Source: Escherichia coli
GTDB lineage: Bacteria; Pseudomonadota; Gammaproteobacteria; Enterobacterales; Enterobacteriaceae
DNA length: 64,000 nucleotides
Assembly: GCF_030013595.1 (NCBI RefSeq)
Contig: NZ_CP122768.1
Reading direction: 5' to 3' (one strand)
In this document: positions 12,550-26,165 of the stretch, piece by piece
Numbering within the stretch: the stretch's first letter is position 1
How the letters are laid out: each line of letters starts with the position of its first letter
Notes under the pieces: model-generated
Database searches by the model: none
What the model saw: the letters and a program-made list of their open reading frames with translations, nothing else
What the model was told of the DNA's origin: nothing
Translations under genes and position numbers: made by a program

Positions 12550-13572
12550 TCAGAAATCGTATTTGCCGATATTCTCTTTGTTGAATATCACGCGCTCCGG
12601 TAACAGTACGATGCCATTACCATCCGCTTCGTAGTCATAGCCCTGAACGCTGTTTGGCGAGACTTCCACCTGACCTACGCCCTGAATATCCAGCTTGTCG
12701 CCCGTTTTCATTGATCCTTTTTTCAATAATTCATCCGCGACATAAACTGAAATTTTGCCTTGCTGAACCACATCCCACAGGCCAAATTCTTTCACCGTGC
12801 CGCGTTCCACATACGGACGCATCACGTTTGGCGTACTGAATCCGACAATCGCAACTTTGTCATTTTTCAGGTTTTCTGCGGCTTGTGCGGCAGCGGGCAG
12901 GGCGTTGGCGTCGGGGGCGATAATGGCGTCGAGATCGCTATACGCTTTTAATATTCCTTCTGCGGTTTGTAATGATTTAGTGGCATCGTTATAGCCAAAC
13001 TGCGTAGTGACAATTTCCCAGCCTGGATGCTCTTTGGCGATTTTCGCTTTCGCCTCTTTCACCCACTGGTTTTGGTCCGTAACGGTGGGGCTTGAGTAGA
13101 AAAACGCGACTTTGGCTTTGTCTTTATTCACCTGACGCGCCGCCATATCCACCAACATACCTCCCAACTGGGCGGGCGTTCCCTGATTAATGTAGTAAGA
13201 GCGGCACTCCGGTTTGGTATCAGAGTCCCAGGTCAGCACTCTCACACCACGTTGCATGGCGCGTTTCAGTGCCGGACACAAGCCATCAGGCGAAACCGCA
13301 GAAACGATAATGGCGTTATAACCCTGATTGACGAAGTTATTAATCAACTGTACCTGACCAGAAACACTGGGTTCTGTCGGCCCGTCGTAGGTCACATCAA
13401 CGCCCAGCTCTTTACCCGCTTGTTGTGCGCCGTTGCCACCGCTGGTAAAAAATCCCACGCCAACCAGTTTGGGAATAAATGCAATACGCTCTGCGGCCTG
13501 CACATTCATAGAGATTGCGGCAATGCCAAGCGCGCTAAGTAAGGCGATTTTCTTAAAGCGATGAAGTGTCAT
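12550..13572 (-). CDS. lsrB: Autoinducer-2 periplasmic binding protein LsrB
   Basis: 340-aa periplasmic binding protein with signal peptide ([26 protein letters not shown]). Confidence 0.9.
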   Translation of the reverse strand: MTLHRFKKIALLSALGIAAISMNVQAAERIAFIPKLVGVGFFTSGGNGAQQAGKELGVDVTYDGPTEPSVSGQVQLINNFVNQGYNAIIVSAVSPDGLCPALKRAMQRGVRVLTWDSDTKPECRSYYINQGTPAQLGGMLVDMAARQVNKDKAKVAFFYSSPTVTDQNQWVKEAKAKIAKEHPGWEIVTTQFGYNDATKSLQTAEGILKAYSDLDAIIAPDANALPAAAQAAENLKNDKVAIVGFSTPNVMRPYVERGTVKEFGLWDVVQQGKISVYVADELLKKGSMKTGDKLDIQGVGQVEVSPNSVQGYDYEADGNGIVLLPERVIFNKENIGKYDF

Positions 13573-13583
13573 GAAGATATCCT

Positions 13584-14576
13584 TTATGGCAATGGGTTAT
13601 TGGCCCGACGCGCCAGCCACTCTTTAATTTGCTGGCGATGCAGGCTAACGGAACGACCTACGACAACGACGATAAGTAGCGCACCGGAAAGGGCGCTGGA
13701 CACCTGATTTGGCACTCCTGCCATTTGCAAACCTTGTTGCAAATATCCCACTAATAAAACCGCAATGGCGGTGCCGATAATGGAACCGGAACCACCATAA
13801 ATATTGGCACCGCCAAGCACCACGGCGGTGATGGCGGGCATCAGAAACGACGCACCGAGATCGGAACGTGCTGATCCAAAATACGATACCAGCAGCACAG
13901 CGGCGACTGCAGACGCCAGCCCCGCCATGGCATAGAGCGCACACAAGGTGCGGTTAACTGGAATCGCGCTATAAACCGCCACACGCGGGCTTTGCCCAAT
14001 TAAAAACACGTTACGTCCGGCATGGGTTTTATGCAGCCAGAGCCAGAAAACGAGGAGACATATCAGGAAGATAATCAGCGGAACGGGGAGTCCCAGTACA
14101 TCCAGGTTAGCGAAATCTGTAAACGCCATCGGGAATCCACCAATACCTTCGTACCCCGTCGCTCCGGCCATCCCGGAAAGCAGCAGGGCACTTCCGGCAA
14201 ACAGATACAGCGTGCCAAGCGTAATCACCAGCGGGTTAACTTTGGTATAGATAATTAATCCGGCGTTGATCAGCCCGCACAATGCGCCGAGCAGTAAGGT
14301 CAGAAGAATCGCCAGCGGCATCGGCACACCACTTTGAAACAGTACGCCCAATGCAATGGCGCAGAGGCCGATAGTCGAACCAAACGAAATATCGATCCCG
14401 CCACTGACAATCACCATCGTCAGCGGTAGGGCGACAATGCCAATGCAGATAAAGTCACTGGTGCTGAACAGCAACATATTGAGATCTAACATCCGCGGGT
14501 TAATTGCACCAAATGCGACAATCTCAATAACGAGCAGTGCGGCAAGAGCCAGTTCCCAACCGTAGCGAATACGCAT
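13584..14576 (-). CDS. lsrD: AI-2 ABC transporter permease LsrD
   Basis: 330-aa polytopic permease; stop overlaps lsrC. Confidence 0.9.
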   Translation of the reverse strand: MRIRYGWELALAALLVIEIVAFGAINPRMLDLNMLLFSTSDFICIGIVALPLTMVIVSGGIDISFGSTIGLCAIALGVLFQSGVPMPLAILLTLLLGALCGLINAGLIIYTKVNPLVITLGTLYLFAGSALLLSGMAGATGYEGIGGFPMAFTDFANLDVLGLPVPLIIFLICLLVFWLWLHKTHAGRNVFLIGQSPRVAVYSAIPVNRTLCALYAMAGLASAVAAVLLVSYFGSARSDLGASFLMPAITAVVLGGANIYGGSGSIIGTAIAVLLVGYLQQGLQMAGVPNQVSSALSGALLIVVVVGRSVSLHRQQIKEWLARRANNPLP

Positions 14577-15604
14577 TATGCAGCCTCCCGTTTTTTACCT
14601 GACGAAGCGGGTTTAACGGATGGCGGTGGTGTCATAAAGCGGGCATATTTTTGCCGCCGCAGATTACGTTCCAGCGCACAACGCAGGCGTCCATCAAACA
14701 CCAGCACCGCCAGCAGCACGAGGCCCGCGATAAAATCGTTCCACCATGCCGGAATGCGCAACAGCACCAGTACACTATCGATCTGCGTCAGGAACCATGC
14801 GCCGAGTACCGCACCGATGATCGCGCCGGAACCGCCGAGCAAACTAATGCCGCCCAGCACGCAGGCTGCAATTGCTTTCATCTCCAGCCCGGTACCGGTC
14901 TGGTTGGGGATAAAACCAATCTGCGAAGCAAACACAATTCCCGCCAGTGCCGCCATGCAGCCGTTCAACGAAAATGCCACAATGCGAATGGCTTCCGTAC
15001 GAACGCCCAGTTGACGAGCGCCCTGTAAATTATCGCCCGTGACATAAAAACTGCGTCCAAACGCCGTCTTTGCCAGCAGCCAGGCCATAAATACCACCAG
15101 AATTATCGTCAACCAACCAATCGCGGAAACGCCAAACAGCAGCGGGGCGGAGAGCTGTTTCAGTTCGGCGGGTAACCCTTCAATCCATTTGCCGCCAGTC
15201 CACAGCAACATGATGCCTCTGGACAACCCTAACGTGCCAAGGGTGGCGACAATGGCAGGGATCTTTAGCCACGCGACCAGGACACCGTTGAAAAATCCCG
15301 CGAGCAAACCAAGCAGTAAAGTCGCGACACAAGCAACAGGTAGTGAATACCCCGCGTTCAGTAACATCCCCAACAGCACTGCGCACATTCCGGTAATCGA
15401 ACCTACCGAAACATCGATATTGCGCGTGAGCATCACCAGCGTCGCGCCCATTGCCAGCAGGATCAGGATTTGCGCGCTGCTATAAACCATGGTCAGCGTT
15501 TGCACACTTAAATACTGGCGGTCGAGAAAACCGGGTAATACAAACAGCAGCACCACCGCCAGCAGTGCCGTGATTTCACGGTTGTTCTGAATAAATTTCA
15601 GCAT
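14576..15604 (-). CDS. lsrC: AI-2 ABC transporter permease LsrC
   Basis: 342-aa polytopic permease; overlaps lsrA stop. Confidence 0.9.
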   Translation of the reverse strand: MLKFIQNNREITALLAVVLLFVLPGFLDRQYLSVQTLTMVYSSAQILILLAMGATLVMLTRNIDVSVGSITGMCAVLLGMLLNAGYSLPVACVATLLLGLLAGFFNGVLVAWLKIPAIVATLGTLGLSRGIMLLWTGGKWIEGLPAELKQLSAPLLFGVSAIGWLTIILVVFMAWLLAKTAFGRSFYVTGDNLQGARQLGVRTEAIRIVAFSLNGCMAALAGIVFASQIGFIPNQTGTGLEMKAIAACVLGGISLLGGSGAIIGAVLGAWFLTQIDSVLVLLRIPAWWNDFIAGLVLLAVLVFDGRLRCALERNLRRQKYARFMTPPPSVKPASSGKKREAA

Positions 15605-17133
15605 GACGCCTCCTGACGCTGACTATCGCCGAAGGCAACGCGCATAATGGTCTCGACATTAATATCGCGTCCGGTCAGTGCAGAGTGGGCAATTTCGCCC
15701 TGATGCATCACATATACGCGATCTGCCATCAGTTCGATCTCTTCCAGATCAGAGGAGATAAGCAGCACTGCCACATTCTGTGCGGCGATGCTGCGCAACA
15801 GCTGGTAGATATCATTACGGGCTGAGACATCCACGCCGCGCGTCGGCTCATCGACAATCAATACTTGCGGCGAGGCTTCCAGACATTTGGCAATCAGGAT
15901 TTTTTGCTGGTTGCCGCCGGATAAGGTCCGCGCAGCTTGTTCCGGTTGGTTAAATTTAATATTCAGCGCCCGACGATAACGTTCCAGTGTGGCGTTATCT
16001 TTCGCGGTTTTCGCCCAGAATCCACGAAGGTTATGAGTAAGGGCGCAGACATTCCAGGCCAGCGAAGCATCGAGATTCAGTCCGGATGACTGGCGATCTT
16101 CCGGCAGATAAACCAGACCGCGCAGTAAACGTTCTCCAGTGGATAATTTATTGATCTCTTTACCATTCAGCATAATGCGTCCGCCACGCAAAGTACGCAG
16201 ACCATAGAGCGTCTCGGCCAGTTCTGTGCGTCCGGCCCCCACCAGCCCAGCCAGACCCAGAATTTCTCCGGCATTAAGCGTCAGGCTGACATTCATAAAA
16301 CCTTCGCCGGTCAGGTTTTCCAGTGTCAGCACCGGCGTTCCGGCGGCATGTTGTGGGCGGTTGCCAGGTAACTCCAGCCATAATTTTTGGCTGGCAGAGA
16401 GCGATTTTTCCCGTAGCGCTGGCGTGATGGCCTGAATAATGTCGTCGGTAGACAGTTCGCTGGTTTTGCCGCTTAAGGCGATAGTTCCGTCGCGCATCAC
16501 GCTAATCCGATCGGCAATCTGGCGAATTTCCGGCAGCTTATGCGAGATAAAAACAATACCCACGCCAGTAGCAAGCAGCTCTTGCAAGCGAGTAAACAAG
16601 CGTTCGGTTTCCGCAGGGGTAAGCGAGGCGGTAGGTTCATCGAGGATCAGAATCCGCGAGTCGCGCATCAGCCCGCGGAGGATTTCCACCATTTGGCGAT
16701 CGGCGACATCCAGCGATCCTGCCAGACTATGCAGATCAAACTGGCAGCCCAGCGCCGCCAGCAAGTTCTTCATTTTCTGCATGGAGAGCTGTTTTTTTGC
16801 CAGCCCAAACAGAATGTTTTCTTTTATCGACAGGCTTGGGAAAAGCAGCGGTTCCTGGGGAACGAGATAAATACCCAGCTGATGAGCATGAACTGGCGTT
16901 AATCTGGTGTAGTTGTTGCCCCCAATCTCCAGCGTACCGCTATCAGCAGGGGTAATACCGGCAATAATCTTCATTAACGTCGATTTACCGGCACCATTGC
17001 CGCCGAGCAGGGCGTGGACCTCCCCCTGGTGCAACGTAAAATCGATGCCTTTCAGGACATTAACCCCTGAATACAGTTTATAAACCGAGCGGGCGCAAAG
17101 TAGCGGTAACGCGCGGGTATCACTCGTTTGCAT
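15598..17133 (-). CDS. lsrA: AI-2 ABC transporter ATP-binding protein LsrA (two ABC cassettes)
   Basis: 511-aa ORF with duplicated Walker A (GGNGAGKST / GLVGAGRTE) and ABC signature motifs. Confidence 0.9.
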   Translation of the reverse strand: MQTSDTRALPLLCARSVYKLYSGVNVLKGIDFTLHQGEVHALLGGNGAGKSTLMKIIAGITPADSGTLEIGGNNYTRLTPVHAHQLGIYLVPQEPLLFPSLSIKENILFGLAKKQLSMQKMKNLLAALGCQFDLHSLAGSLDVADRQMVEILRGLMRDSRILILDEPTASLTPAETERLFTRLQELLATGVGIVFISHKLPEIRQIADRISVMRDGTIALSGKTSELSTDDIIQAITPALREKSLSASQKLWLELPGNRPQHAAGTPVLTLENLTGEGFMNVSLTLNAGEILGLAGLVGAGRTELAETLYGLRTLRGGRIMLNGKEINKLSTGERLLRGLVYLPEDRQSSGLNLDASLAWNVCALTHNLRGFWAKTAKDNATLERYRRALNIKFNQPEQAARTLSGGNQQKILIAKCLEASPQVLIVDEPTRGVDVSARNDIYQLLRSIAAQNVAVLLISSDLEEIELMADRVYVMHQGEIAHSALTGRDINVETIMRVAFGDSQRQEASC

Positions 17134-17297
17134 ATTTCCCCCGTTCAGTTTTGCAGGTGAGTTTTGAACAAATGTATTTTTGCTTTTAATTTGTTCATAA
17201 CCTTAGGCGGGCATTGCATATATTTCCGACGAATAGATCACAATTTATGCTATTTTGATTTTCACGGTTGCGTTTGTTCATGCTCGTAGAGTCAAAC

Positions 17298-17313
17298 TGT
17301 GGTTGCTATCACA
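17298..17313. promoter_or_regulatory. Candidate CRP binding site in the lsrA-lsrR divergent promoter region
   Basis: TGTGGTTGCTATCACA matches the TGTGA-N6-TCACA consensus; lies in the 248-bp lsrA/lsrR intergenic region, which is known to be CRP- and LsrR-regulated. Confidence 0.5.
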
Positions 17314-17381
17314 GATATAAATGCGCAAGAACTGAACAATTGCATTAAAGATTGAAATATGTTCAAAGTGAAGAATGAATT

Positions 17382-18335
17382 ATGACAATCAACGATTCGG
17401 CAATTTCAGAACAGGGAATGTGTGAAGAAGAACTGGTCGCGCGGATCGCGTGGTTTTACTACCACGACGGGCTGACCCAGAGCGAGATCAGCGATCGCCT
17501 CGGGCTGACCCGTTTGAAAGTGTCGCGATTACTGGAGAAAGGGCATCAGTCCGGCATTATTCGCGTGCAGATTAATTCTCGCTTTGAAGGCTGTCTGGAA
17601 TATGAAACACAATTACGTCGTCAGTTTTCGCTGCAACATGTCCGGGTGATCCCAGGGCTTGCGGATGCTGATGTCGGCGGGCGACTAGGGATAGGCGCGG
17701 CGCATATGTTGATGAGTTTACTTCAACCACAACAGATGCTGGCGATTGGTTTTGGCGAGGCAACCATGAATACGCTGCAACGCTTAAGTGGTTTTATTTC
17801 GTCACAGCAAATTCGCCTGGTCACGCTCTCCGGTGGAGTCGGTTCTTATATGACGGGTATCGGGCAGCTTAACGCGGCGTGCAGTGTGAATATTATTCCG
17901 GCTCCGTTGCGGGCATCCTCCGCTGACATTGCCCGTACGCTAAAAAATGAAAATTGCGTCAAAGATGTTCTGCTAGCCGCGCAAGCAGCGGATGTGGCGA
18001 TTGTCGGCATTGGGGCTGTGAGTCAACAAGACGACGCAACAATCATTCGCTCCGGTTATATCAGCCAGGGCGAACAGTTAATGATTGGCCGAAAAGGGGC
18101 AGTTGGCGACATTTTAGGTTACTTTTTTGATGCAAAAGGTGACGTTGTCACGGATATTATAATACATAACGAACTGATTGGCTTACCTTTAAGCGCGCTG
18201 AAGACCATTCCCGTCCGGGTTGGTGTGGCAGGGGGAGAAAATAAAGCCGAAGCCATTGCCGCTGCAATGAAAGGCGGTTATATCAACGCACTGGTTACCG
18301 ATCAGGACACAGCAGCGGCGATTTTACGTAGTTAA
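17382..18335 (+). CDS. lsrR: Transcriptional repressor LsrR (SorC family)
   Basis: 317-aa ORF with N-terminal HTH and sugar-phosphate binding domain, divergent from lsrA. Confidence 0.9.
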   Translation: MTINDSAISEQGMCEEELVARIAWFYYHDGLTQSEISDRLGLTRLKVSRLLEKGHQSGIIRVQINSRFEGCLEYETQLRRQFSLQHVRVIPGLADADVGGRLGIGAAHMLMSLLQPQQMLAIGFGEATMNTLQRLSGFISSQQIRLVTLSGGVGSYMTGIGQLNAACSVNIIPAPLRASSADIARTLKNENCVKDVLLAAQAADVAIVGIGAVSQQDDATIIRSGYISQGEQLMIGRKGAVGDILGYFFDAKGDVVTDIIIHNELIGLPLSALKTIPVRVGVAGGENKAEAIAAAMKGGYINALVTDQDTAAAILRS

Positions 18336-18413
18336 ATTTGCATGACCTTATTACCGGGAATGATGGAGAACGTATAGAGGAACAGACAGAACGCATAAGC
18401 CGAGGATAATCTA

Positions 18414-20006
18414 ATGGCTCGACTCTTTACCCCTTCAGAATCAAAGTACTACCTGATGGCGCTGGATGCAGGCACCGGAAGTATTCGGGCTGTGATATTC
18501 GACCTAGAAGGCAATCAAATAGCCGTGGGACAGGCGGAGTGGCGGCATCTGGCAGTACCGGACGTTCCTGGTTCTATGGAATTTGATCTCAACAAAAACT
18601 GGCAACTGGCGTGTGAGTGTATGCGCCAGGCGCTGCACAACGCCGGCATAGCCCCGGAGTATATCGCTGCCGTTTCGGCATGTTCGATGCGCGAAGGCAT
18701 TGTTTTATATAACAATGAAGGAACACCGATCTGGGCCTGCGCCAATGTGGATGCCAGAGCGGCGCGCGAAGTTAGCGAACTTAAAGAACTGCACAGCAAT
18801 ACCTTTGAAAACGAAGTTTATCGCGCCACCGGACAAACGCTGGCTTTAAGCGCTATTCCCAGATTACTTTGGCTGGCGCACCATCGTTCTGATATCTACC
18901 GACAGGCGTCGACCATCACCATGATCAGCGACTGGCTGGCCTATATGCTCAGCGGCGAACTGGCGGTGGATCCCTCTAACGCTGGCACCATGGGACTTCT
19001 TGATCTAACCACCCGTGACTGGAAACCTGCATTGCTGGATATGGCCGGACTGCGGGCCGATATTCTTTCTCCTGTCAAAGAAACCGGCACATTGCTGGGC
19101 GTGGTAAGTTCACAAGCGGCGGAACTCTGCGGTCTGAAGGCGGGCACTCCGGTGGTCGTTGGAGGAGGCGACGTGCAACTTGGTTGCCTGGGGTTAGGCG
19201 TTGTGCGTCCGGCACAAACCGCTGTTCTTGGCGGCACATTCTGGCAGCAAGTTGTAAACTTAGCCGCGCCGGTGACAGACCCAGAAATGAACGTGCGCGT
19301 TAATCCCCATGTAATTCCTGGCATGGTACAAGCTGAATCTATAAGCTTTTTTACCGGACTCACCATGCGCTGGTTCCGCGATGCTTTCTGCGCCGAAGAA
19401 AAACTGATTGCCGAACGTTTAGGCATCGACACCTATACGCTGCTTGAAGAGATGGCAAGTCGGGTGCCGCCTGGGTCGTGGGGGGTAATGCCGATATTCT
19501 CCGACAGAATGCGCTTTAAAACCTGGTATCACGCTGCGCCTTCCTTTATTAATTTGTCTATTGATCCGGATAAATGTAACAAAGCGACATTGTTCCGTGC
19601 GCTGGAAGAAAATGCGGCGATTGTATCAGCGTGTAATTTGCAACAAATCGCTGATTTCTCGAATATTCATCCTTCATCGTTAGTCTTTGCAGGCGGAGGT
19701 TCAAAAGGGAAATTATGGAGTCAAATTCTCGCTGATGTCTCGGGATTACCCGTCAATATTCCGGTGGTCAAAGAAGCCACCGCATTAGGATGTGCCATTG
19801 CAGCTGGCGTCGGTGCCGGAATTTTTTCATCAATGGCAGAAACCGGAGAACGCCTGGTTCGCTGGGAACGAACGCACTCACCAGACCCGGAAAAGCATGA
19901 ACTTTATCAGGATTCACGCGATAAGTGGCAGGCAGTTTATCAGGATCAGCTGGGGCTGGTTGATCATGGACTGACGACGTCGTTATGGAAAGCGCCTGGG
20001 TTATAG
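18414..20006 (+). CDS. lsrK: Autoinducer-2 kinase LsrK (FGGY carbohydrate kinase family)
   Basis: 530-aa FGGY-family kinase (N-terminus [30 protein letters not shown]). Confidence 0.9.
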   Translation: MARLFTPSESKYYLMALDAGTGSIRAVIFDLEGNQIAVGQAEWRHLAVPDVPGSMEFDLNKNWQLACECMRQALHNAGIAPEYIAAVSACSMREGIVLYNNEGTPIWACANVDARAAREVSELKELHSNTFENEVYRATGQTLALSAIPRLLWLAHHRSDIYRQASTITMISDWLAYMLSGELAVDPSNAGTMGLLDLTTRDWKPALLDMAGLRADILSPVKETGTLLGVVSSQAAELCGLKAGTPVVVGGGDVQLGCLGLGVVRPAQTAVLGGTFWQQVVNLAAPVTDPEMNVRVNPHVIPGMVQAESISFFTGLTMRWFRDAFCAEEKLIAERLGIDTYTLLEEMASRVPPGSWGVMPIFSDRMRFKTWYHAAPSFINLSIDPDKCNKATLFRALEENAAIVSACNLQQIADFSNIHPSSLVFAGGGSKGKLWSQILADVSGLPVNIPVVKEATALGCAIAAGVGAGIFSSMAETGERLVRWERTHSPDPEKHELYQDSRDKWQAVYQDQLGLVDHGLTTSLWKAPGL

Positions 20007-20015
20007 TTTCATTGA

Positions 20016-20050
20016 CAGCCACATCATGATGACCGTGGCTGTTAGTTTTT
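20016..20050 (+). terminator. Rho-independent terminator after lsrK
   Basis: CAGCCAC...GTGGCTG stem followed by TTAGTTTTT, immediately after the lsrK stop. Confidence 0.6.
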
Positions 20051-20535
20051 GAGTATTGGTATTCTCATTTCCCTTCTTTTAGAGCTGGCTTGTTAAATGC
20101 CAGCTTGCAAATTCATCGTTCCATCACCAGTACTATATTCAAGTGAAAATTGCTATTTTTCTTAAAGCATTAAGCATAAGCCTTATTTTATAGCGAATAT
20201 TCCTAAAGGCATTAATGGATGAAAAAGGGGTTTAATAAACTTCTTTTTTAGCAATTAGTGCTATTCTTTGTTAAATATGATGATGATAATCTTCTTATTG
20301 AAAGAAACAGTTTTCTTATTAAGCAACAATAACTCATGGTTCATTTTTAAATAAAATAAGAACTATGCAATTTTTAATCTATCGATTCGAAAGTATTAGC
20401 AAATTAGCCAAATTGACACCTTCCCACCTCCAACCAACACTCAATACAGACCTCTGACAACTTAATAAGTTTCATTTTTAACGTCTGATGACTCATCTCT
20501 TTCGTGGCTGTATTGTTTGTATATGGAGCGTTTAT

Positions 20536-23500
20536 ATGAATAGAATCTATCGCGTGATATGGAATTGCACCCTACAGGTATTTCAGGCCTGCTCGGAATT
20601 AACTCGCAGGGTAGGTAAAACATCAACGGTTAATTTACGTAAGTCCTCTGGACTGACAACGAAATTCAGTAGATTGACGCTGGGTGTTTTGCTGGCACTA
20701 AGCGGTTCAGCGTCAGGTGCGAGTCTGGAAGTTGATAATGGTCAGATTACCAATATTAATACTGATATTGCTTACGATGCCTACCTGGTTGGGTGGTATG
20801 GCACTGGAGTGCTTAATATTTTGGCTGGCGGTAATGCTTCCTTAACCACTATTACTACCAGCGTCATTGGCGCTAATGAGGGCTCGGAGGGCACCGTTAA
20901 TGTTTTGGGTGGCACCTGGCGATTGTATGATAGCGGAAATAATGCAAGGCCTTTAAATGTGGGTCAATCCGGAACGGGGACGCTGAATATTAAACAGAAG
21001 GGTCACGTTGACGGAGGATATTTAAGGATAGGTTCTTCGACAGGAGGCGTCGGGACGGTCAATGTTGAGGGAGAGGACTCGGTTCTGACGACCGAATTAT
21101 TCGAAATAGGGAGTTACGGTACAGGCTCATTAAATATTACGGATAAGGGTTACGTCACGAGTTCAATAGTCGCCATTGTAGGATATCAGGCGAACAGCAA
21201 TGGTAAGGTTGTCGTTGAAAAGGGTGGCGAGTGGCTAATAAAAAATAATGATTCCTCAATTGAATTTCAAATTGGCAATCAAGGGACGGGGGAAGCGATT
21301 ATTCGCGAGGGGGGGCTGATTACGGCTGAAAATACGATTATCGGAGGCAATGCCACCGGTATCGGAACCCTGAATGTGCAGGATCAAGACTCTGTCATCA
21401 CGGTACGCAGACTCTATAATGGATATTTCGGTAATGGCAAAGTCAATATTTCAAATAATGGACTGATTAATAACAAAGAATATTCATTGGTGGGCGTTCA
21501 GGACGGTTCCCACGGTGTCGTCAACGTGACTGATAAAGGGCATTGGAATTTCCTCGGAACGGGCGAAGCTTTCCGCTATATCTATATCGGTGATGCTGGC
21601 GATGGTGAACTTAATGTCTCGAGTGAAGGCAAAGTAGATTCGGGAATTATCACTGCGGGGATGAAAGAAACAGGCACAGGCAACATTACTGTTAAGGATA
21701 AGAACTCCGTTATCACTAATCTCGGAACTAATCTTGGTTATGACGGCCACGGCGAAATGAATATCAGTAATGATGGGCTTGTTGTCAGCAACGGAGGAAG
21801 TTCACTCGGTTATGGAGAAACCGGCGTTGGGAAGGTTAGCATCACCACGGGGGGGATATGGGAGGTCAATAAGAATGTCTATACCACCATTGGTGTTGCG
21901 GGCGTCGGAAACCTCAATATTAGCGATGGCGGTAAGTTTGTATCGCAAAATATTACATTTTTGGGCGATAAAGCAAGCGGTATCGGCACACTGAACCTGA
22001 TGGATGCGACATCATCGTTCGATACTGTGGGTATCAATGTCGGTAATTTTGGTAGCGGCATCGTAAATGTCAGTAATGGTGCCACCCTTAATTCAACGGG
22101 CTATGGATTTATCGGAGGAAATGCCTCCGGTAAGGGGATAGTTAATATTTCAACGGATAGTCTCTGGAATTTAAAAACGTCATCTACTAACGCCCAATTG
22201 CTACAGGTCGGTGTATTAGGCGCGGGTGAACTGAATATTACCACCGGAGGTATAGTTAAAGCGCGTGATACACAAATAGCTCTCAATGACAAAAGTAAGG
22301 GTGACGTGCGGGTGGATGGGCAGAACTCTCTTCTTGAAACATTCAATATGAACGTAGGGACGACAGGCACGGGTACGTTAACCCTGACGAATAACGGTAC
22401 GCTGAATGTCGAAGGTGGAGAGGTTTACTTAGGTGTTTTTGAGCCTGCTGTAGGAACGCTAAACATTGGTGCTGCTCACGGTGAGGCGGCGGTAGATGCC
22501 GGGTTTATCACCAATGCGACGAAAGTGGAGTTTGGTCCTGGCGAAGGCGTTTTTGTCTTTAATCATACCAATAACAGTGATGCCGGCTACCAGGTCGATA
22601 TGCTGATTACGGGTGACGATAAAGACGGAAAAGTGATGCATGATGCAGGCCATACGGTGTTCAATGCAGGGAATACTTATAGCGGTAAAACGCTGGTCAA
22701 TGACGGCCTCCTGACCATTGCGTCTCATACGGCAGATGGGGTAACGGGCATGGGTTCGAGTGAAGTAACCATTGCAAACCCCGGTACGCTCGACATTCTC
22801 GCATCAACGAACAGTGCAGGAGATTACACGCTGACCAATGCGCTCAAAGGCGATGGCTTGATGCGAGTGCAGCTGTCATCCTCCGACAAGATGTTTGGCT
22901 TTACCCATGCATCAGGGACTGAATTCGCCGGTGTTGCCCAACTGAAAGATAGTACCTTCACTCTGGAACGCGACAACACCGCTGCGCTTACTCACGCGAT
23001 GTTGCAGTCTGACATTGAAAATACCACATCGGTAAACGTGGGAGAGCAATCCATTGGTGGACTGGCCATGAATGGCGGTACGCTCATTTTCGATACGGAT
23101 ATTCCTGCTGCGACGCTCGCGGAGGGATATATCAGCGTCGATACGCTGGTTGTCGGCGCGGGTGACTACACCTGGAAAGGCCGTAACTATCAGGTAAACG
23201 GGACGGGCGACGTGCTTATCGACGTGCCTAAACCGTGGAATGATCCCATGGCGAATAACCCTCTGACGACGCTCAATTTGCTGGAACACGATGATAGTCA
23301 TGTCGGCGTTCAACTGGTGAAGGCGCAAACGGTTATTGGGTCGGGTGGCTCATTAACGTTACGTGATTTACAGGGCGACGAGGTGGAAGCGGACAAAACG
23401 TTACATATTGCACAAAACGGGACAGTGGTCGCCGAGGGTGATTATGGATTCCGCCTCACGACCGCACCAGGTGATGGTTTGTACGTTAACTATGGGCTGA

Positions 23501-25955
23501 AAGCGCTGAACATCCATGGTGGGCAAAAGCTGACGTTAGCCGAACATGGCGGAGCCTATGGCGCAACGGCCGATATGTCGGCAAAAATCGGTGGTGAAGG
23601 GGATCTGGCAATCAATACGGTACGACAGGTTTCGCTTTCCAACGGTCAGAACGACTATCAGGGGGCAACCTACGTTCAGATGGGGACATTACGTACCGAT
23701 GCGGATGGCGCGCTGGGCAACACCCGGGAACTGAACATCAGCAACGCGGCCATCGTCGATCTTAATGGATCGACCCAGACGGTAGAGACATTCACCGGGC
23801 TGATGGGTTCGACTGTTTTGTTCAAAGAAGGTTCGCTGACGGTGAATAAAGGTGGGATCAGTCAGGGCGAACTGACAGGTGGCGGAAACCTGAATGTTAC
23901 AGGGGGAACACTGGCTATCGAGGGGCTTAATGCACGCTACAATGCGTTAACCAGCATTAGCCCAAATGCGGAAGTCAGCCTCGATAATACGCAGGGGTTA
24001 GGCAGAGGAAATATTGCCAATGACGGTCTGTTAACGCTAAAAAATGTGACCGGCGAACTGCGTAATAGCATAAGCGGGAAGGGTATCGTGAGCGCAACCG
24101 CCAGGACAGACGTAGAGCTGGATGGCGATAATAGCCGCTTTGTGGGGCAATTCAACATTGATACAGGCAGCGCGCTCAGCGTCAACGAGCAGAAAAACCT
24201 GGGTGATGCTTCCGTTATCAATAATGGCCTGCTCACCATCTCCACTGAGCGTAGCTGGGCGATGACGCACAGTATCAGCGGTAGCGGTGATGTGACAAAA
24301 CTGGGTACCGGGAGCCTGACTCTTAACAACGATTCCGCGGCGTATCAGGGTACGACGGATATCGTGGGTGGTGAAATTGCTTTCGGTTCCGACTCTGCCA
24401 TTAATATGGCAAGTCAGCACATTAATATCCATAACAGCGGTGTGATGTCGGGAAATGTCACCACTGCAGGTGATGTGAACGTTATGCCTGGGGGACACTG
24501 CGTGTCGCCAAAACCACTATCGGCGGCAATCTGGAGAATGGTGGCACGGTTCAAATGAATAGCGAAGGGGGGAAACCGGGGAATGTGCTGACCGTTAACG
24601 GCAACTATACCGGAAACAATGGCCTGATGACGTTCAACGCGACGCTGGGCGGCGATAATTCGCCCACCGATAAGATGAACGTGAAAGGCGATACCCAAGG
24701 GAACACTCGCGTTCGGGTTGATAACATTGGCGGCGTCGGTGCACAAACGGTCAACGGTATTGAACTCATTGAGGTTGGCGGTAATTCTGCAGGTAACTTC
24801 GCGCTGACCACCGGAACTGTCGAAGCTGGGGCTTACGTCTACACGCTGGCTAAAGGGAAGGGGAATGACGAGAAAAACTGGTATCTGACCAGTAAATGGG
24901 ACGGCGTAACGCCAGCGGATACACCCGATCCCATCAATAATCCTCCTGTTGTGGATCCGGAAGGCCCATCAGTTTATCGCCCGGAGGCCGGAAGCTATAT
25001 CAGCAACATTGCCGCAGCCAACTCGCTGTTTAGCCATCGTTTACACGACCGTCTGGGTGAGCCGCAGTATACAGATTCACTGCATTCTCAGGGTTCGGCA
25101 AGCAGTATGTGGATGCGTCATGTCGGAGGGCACGAACGTTCAAGGGCCGGTGACGGTCAGCTAAATACTCAGGCTAACCGCTATGTATTGCAGCTAGGAG
25201 GCGATTTGGCGCAGTGGAGTAGCAACGCGCAGGATCGCTGGCATCTTGGCGTGATGGCAGGCTACGCCAATCAGCACAGTAATACTCAGAGTAATCGTGT
25301 GGGTTATAAATCGGATGGGCGCATCAGCGGTTACAGCGCAGGACTGTACGCGACCTGGTATCAGAACGATGCGAATAAGACCGGCGCTTATGTTGACAGC
25401 TGGGCGCTGTATAACTGGTTTGATAACAGCGTCAGTTCCGATAACCGTTCTGCTGTCGACTATGATTCTCGCGGTGTGACGGCCTCTGTTGAGGGTGGGT
25501 ATACCTTTGAAGCGGGAACATTTAGCGGCAGCGAAGGGACGCTGAATACCTGGTACGTCCAGCCACAGGCGCAAATCACCTGGATGGGTGTGAAAGATTC
25601 TGACCATACCCGGAAAGACGGAACACGCATTGAAACGGAAGGCGACGGAAACGTGCAAACGCGACTTGGGGTGAAAACCTACCTGAACAGTCATCACCAG
25701 CGTGACAATGGTAAACAGCGTGAGTTCCAGCCTTACATTGAAGCGAACTGGATCAACAACAGCAAAGTCTACGCCGTGAAGATGAATGGTCAAACCGTAA
25801 GCCGTGATGGTGCGCGTAGTCTCGGTGAAGTACGTACCGGGGTTGAGGCGAAAGTAAATCACAACCTTAGCCTGTGGGGGAATGTCGGTGTGCAACTAGG
25901 TGATAAAGGCTATAGCGATACTCAGGGCATGCTGGGTGTGAAATATAGCTGGTAA
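20536..25955 (+). pseudogene. yneO: AIDA-I-type autotransporter adhesin, frameshifted (about 1340-aa passenger reading frame + 466-aa C-terminal segment carrying the beta-barrel)
   Basis: Autotransporter extended signal peptide (MNRIYRVIWNCTLQVF...), repetitive Gly/Thr/Asn-rich passenger, C-terminal ...LGVKYSW barrel ending. The reading frame shifts at the G5 run 24490-24494; the continuous protein (…GGTLRVAKTTIGGNLENGGTVQMNSEGG…) needs a -1 shift. K-12 carries a pseudogene at this locus. Confidence 0.75.
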
Positions 25956-25964
25956 ACCGTATAA

Positions 25965-25997
25965 GCCGCATGTCGAAGATGCATGCGGCTTAATATT
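25965..25997 (+). terminator. Rho-independent terminator after the autotransporter gene
   Basis: GCCGCATG-N9-CATGCGGC hairpin followed by TTAATATT, 10 nt after the stop. Confidence 0.65.
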
Positions 25998-26030
25998 GCC
26001 GACTTCAAACGACTTTTAAATCCTCCTTTT

Positions 26031-26144
26031 TATCCGCGATCGCGGATATCACAGTGTTTATCCCGTAGAGCGGATAAGATGTGTTTCCAGATTGACTTTA
26101 TCCTCACTAAAGGATAAAACTGATAATATCCCCTTGAGCGGATA
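26031..26144. promoter_or_regulatory. hipBA promoter/operator region with four HipB operator palindromes
   Basis: Four TATCC-N8-GGATA sites at 26031-26048, 26059-26076, 26099-26116 and 26127-26144, matching the known HipB operator consensus. Confidence 0.85.
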
Positions 26145-26165
26145 AATTTGCTGTGGACGTATGAC

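Noticed and set aside
21484-25895. Multiple 60-230-aa antisense ORFs across the autotransporter gene
   Set aside because: The repetitive Gly/Thr/Asn-rich passenger region produces long antisense open frames by composition; no support as genes.
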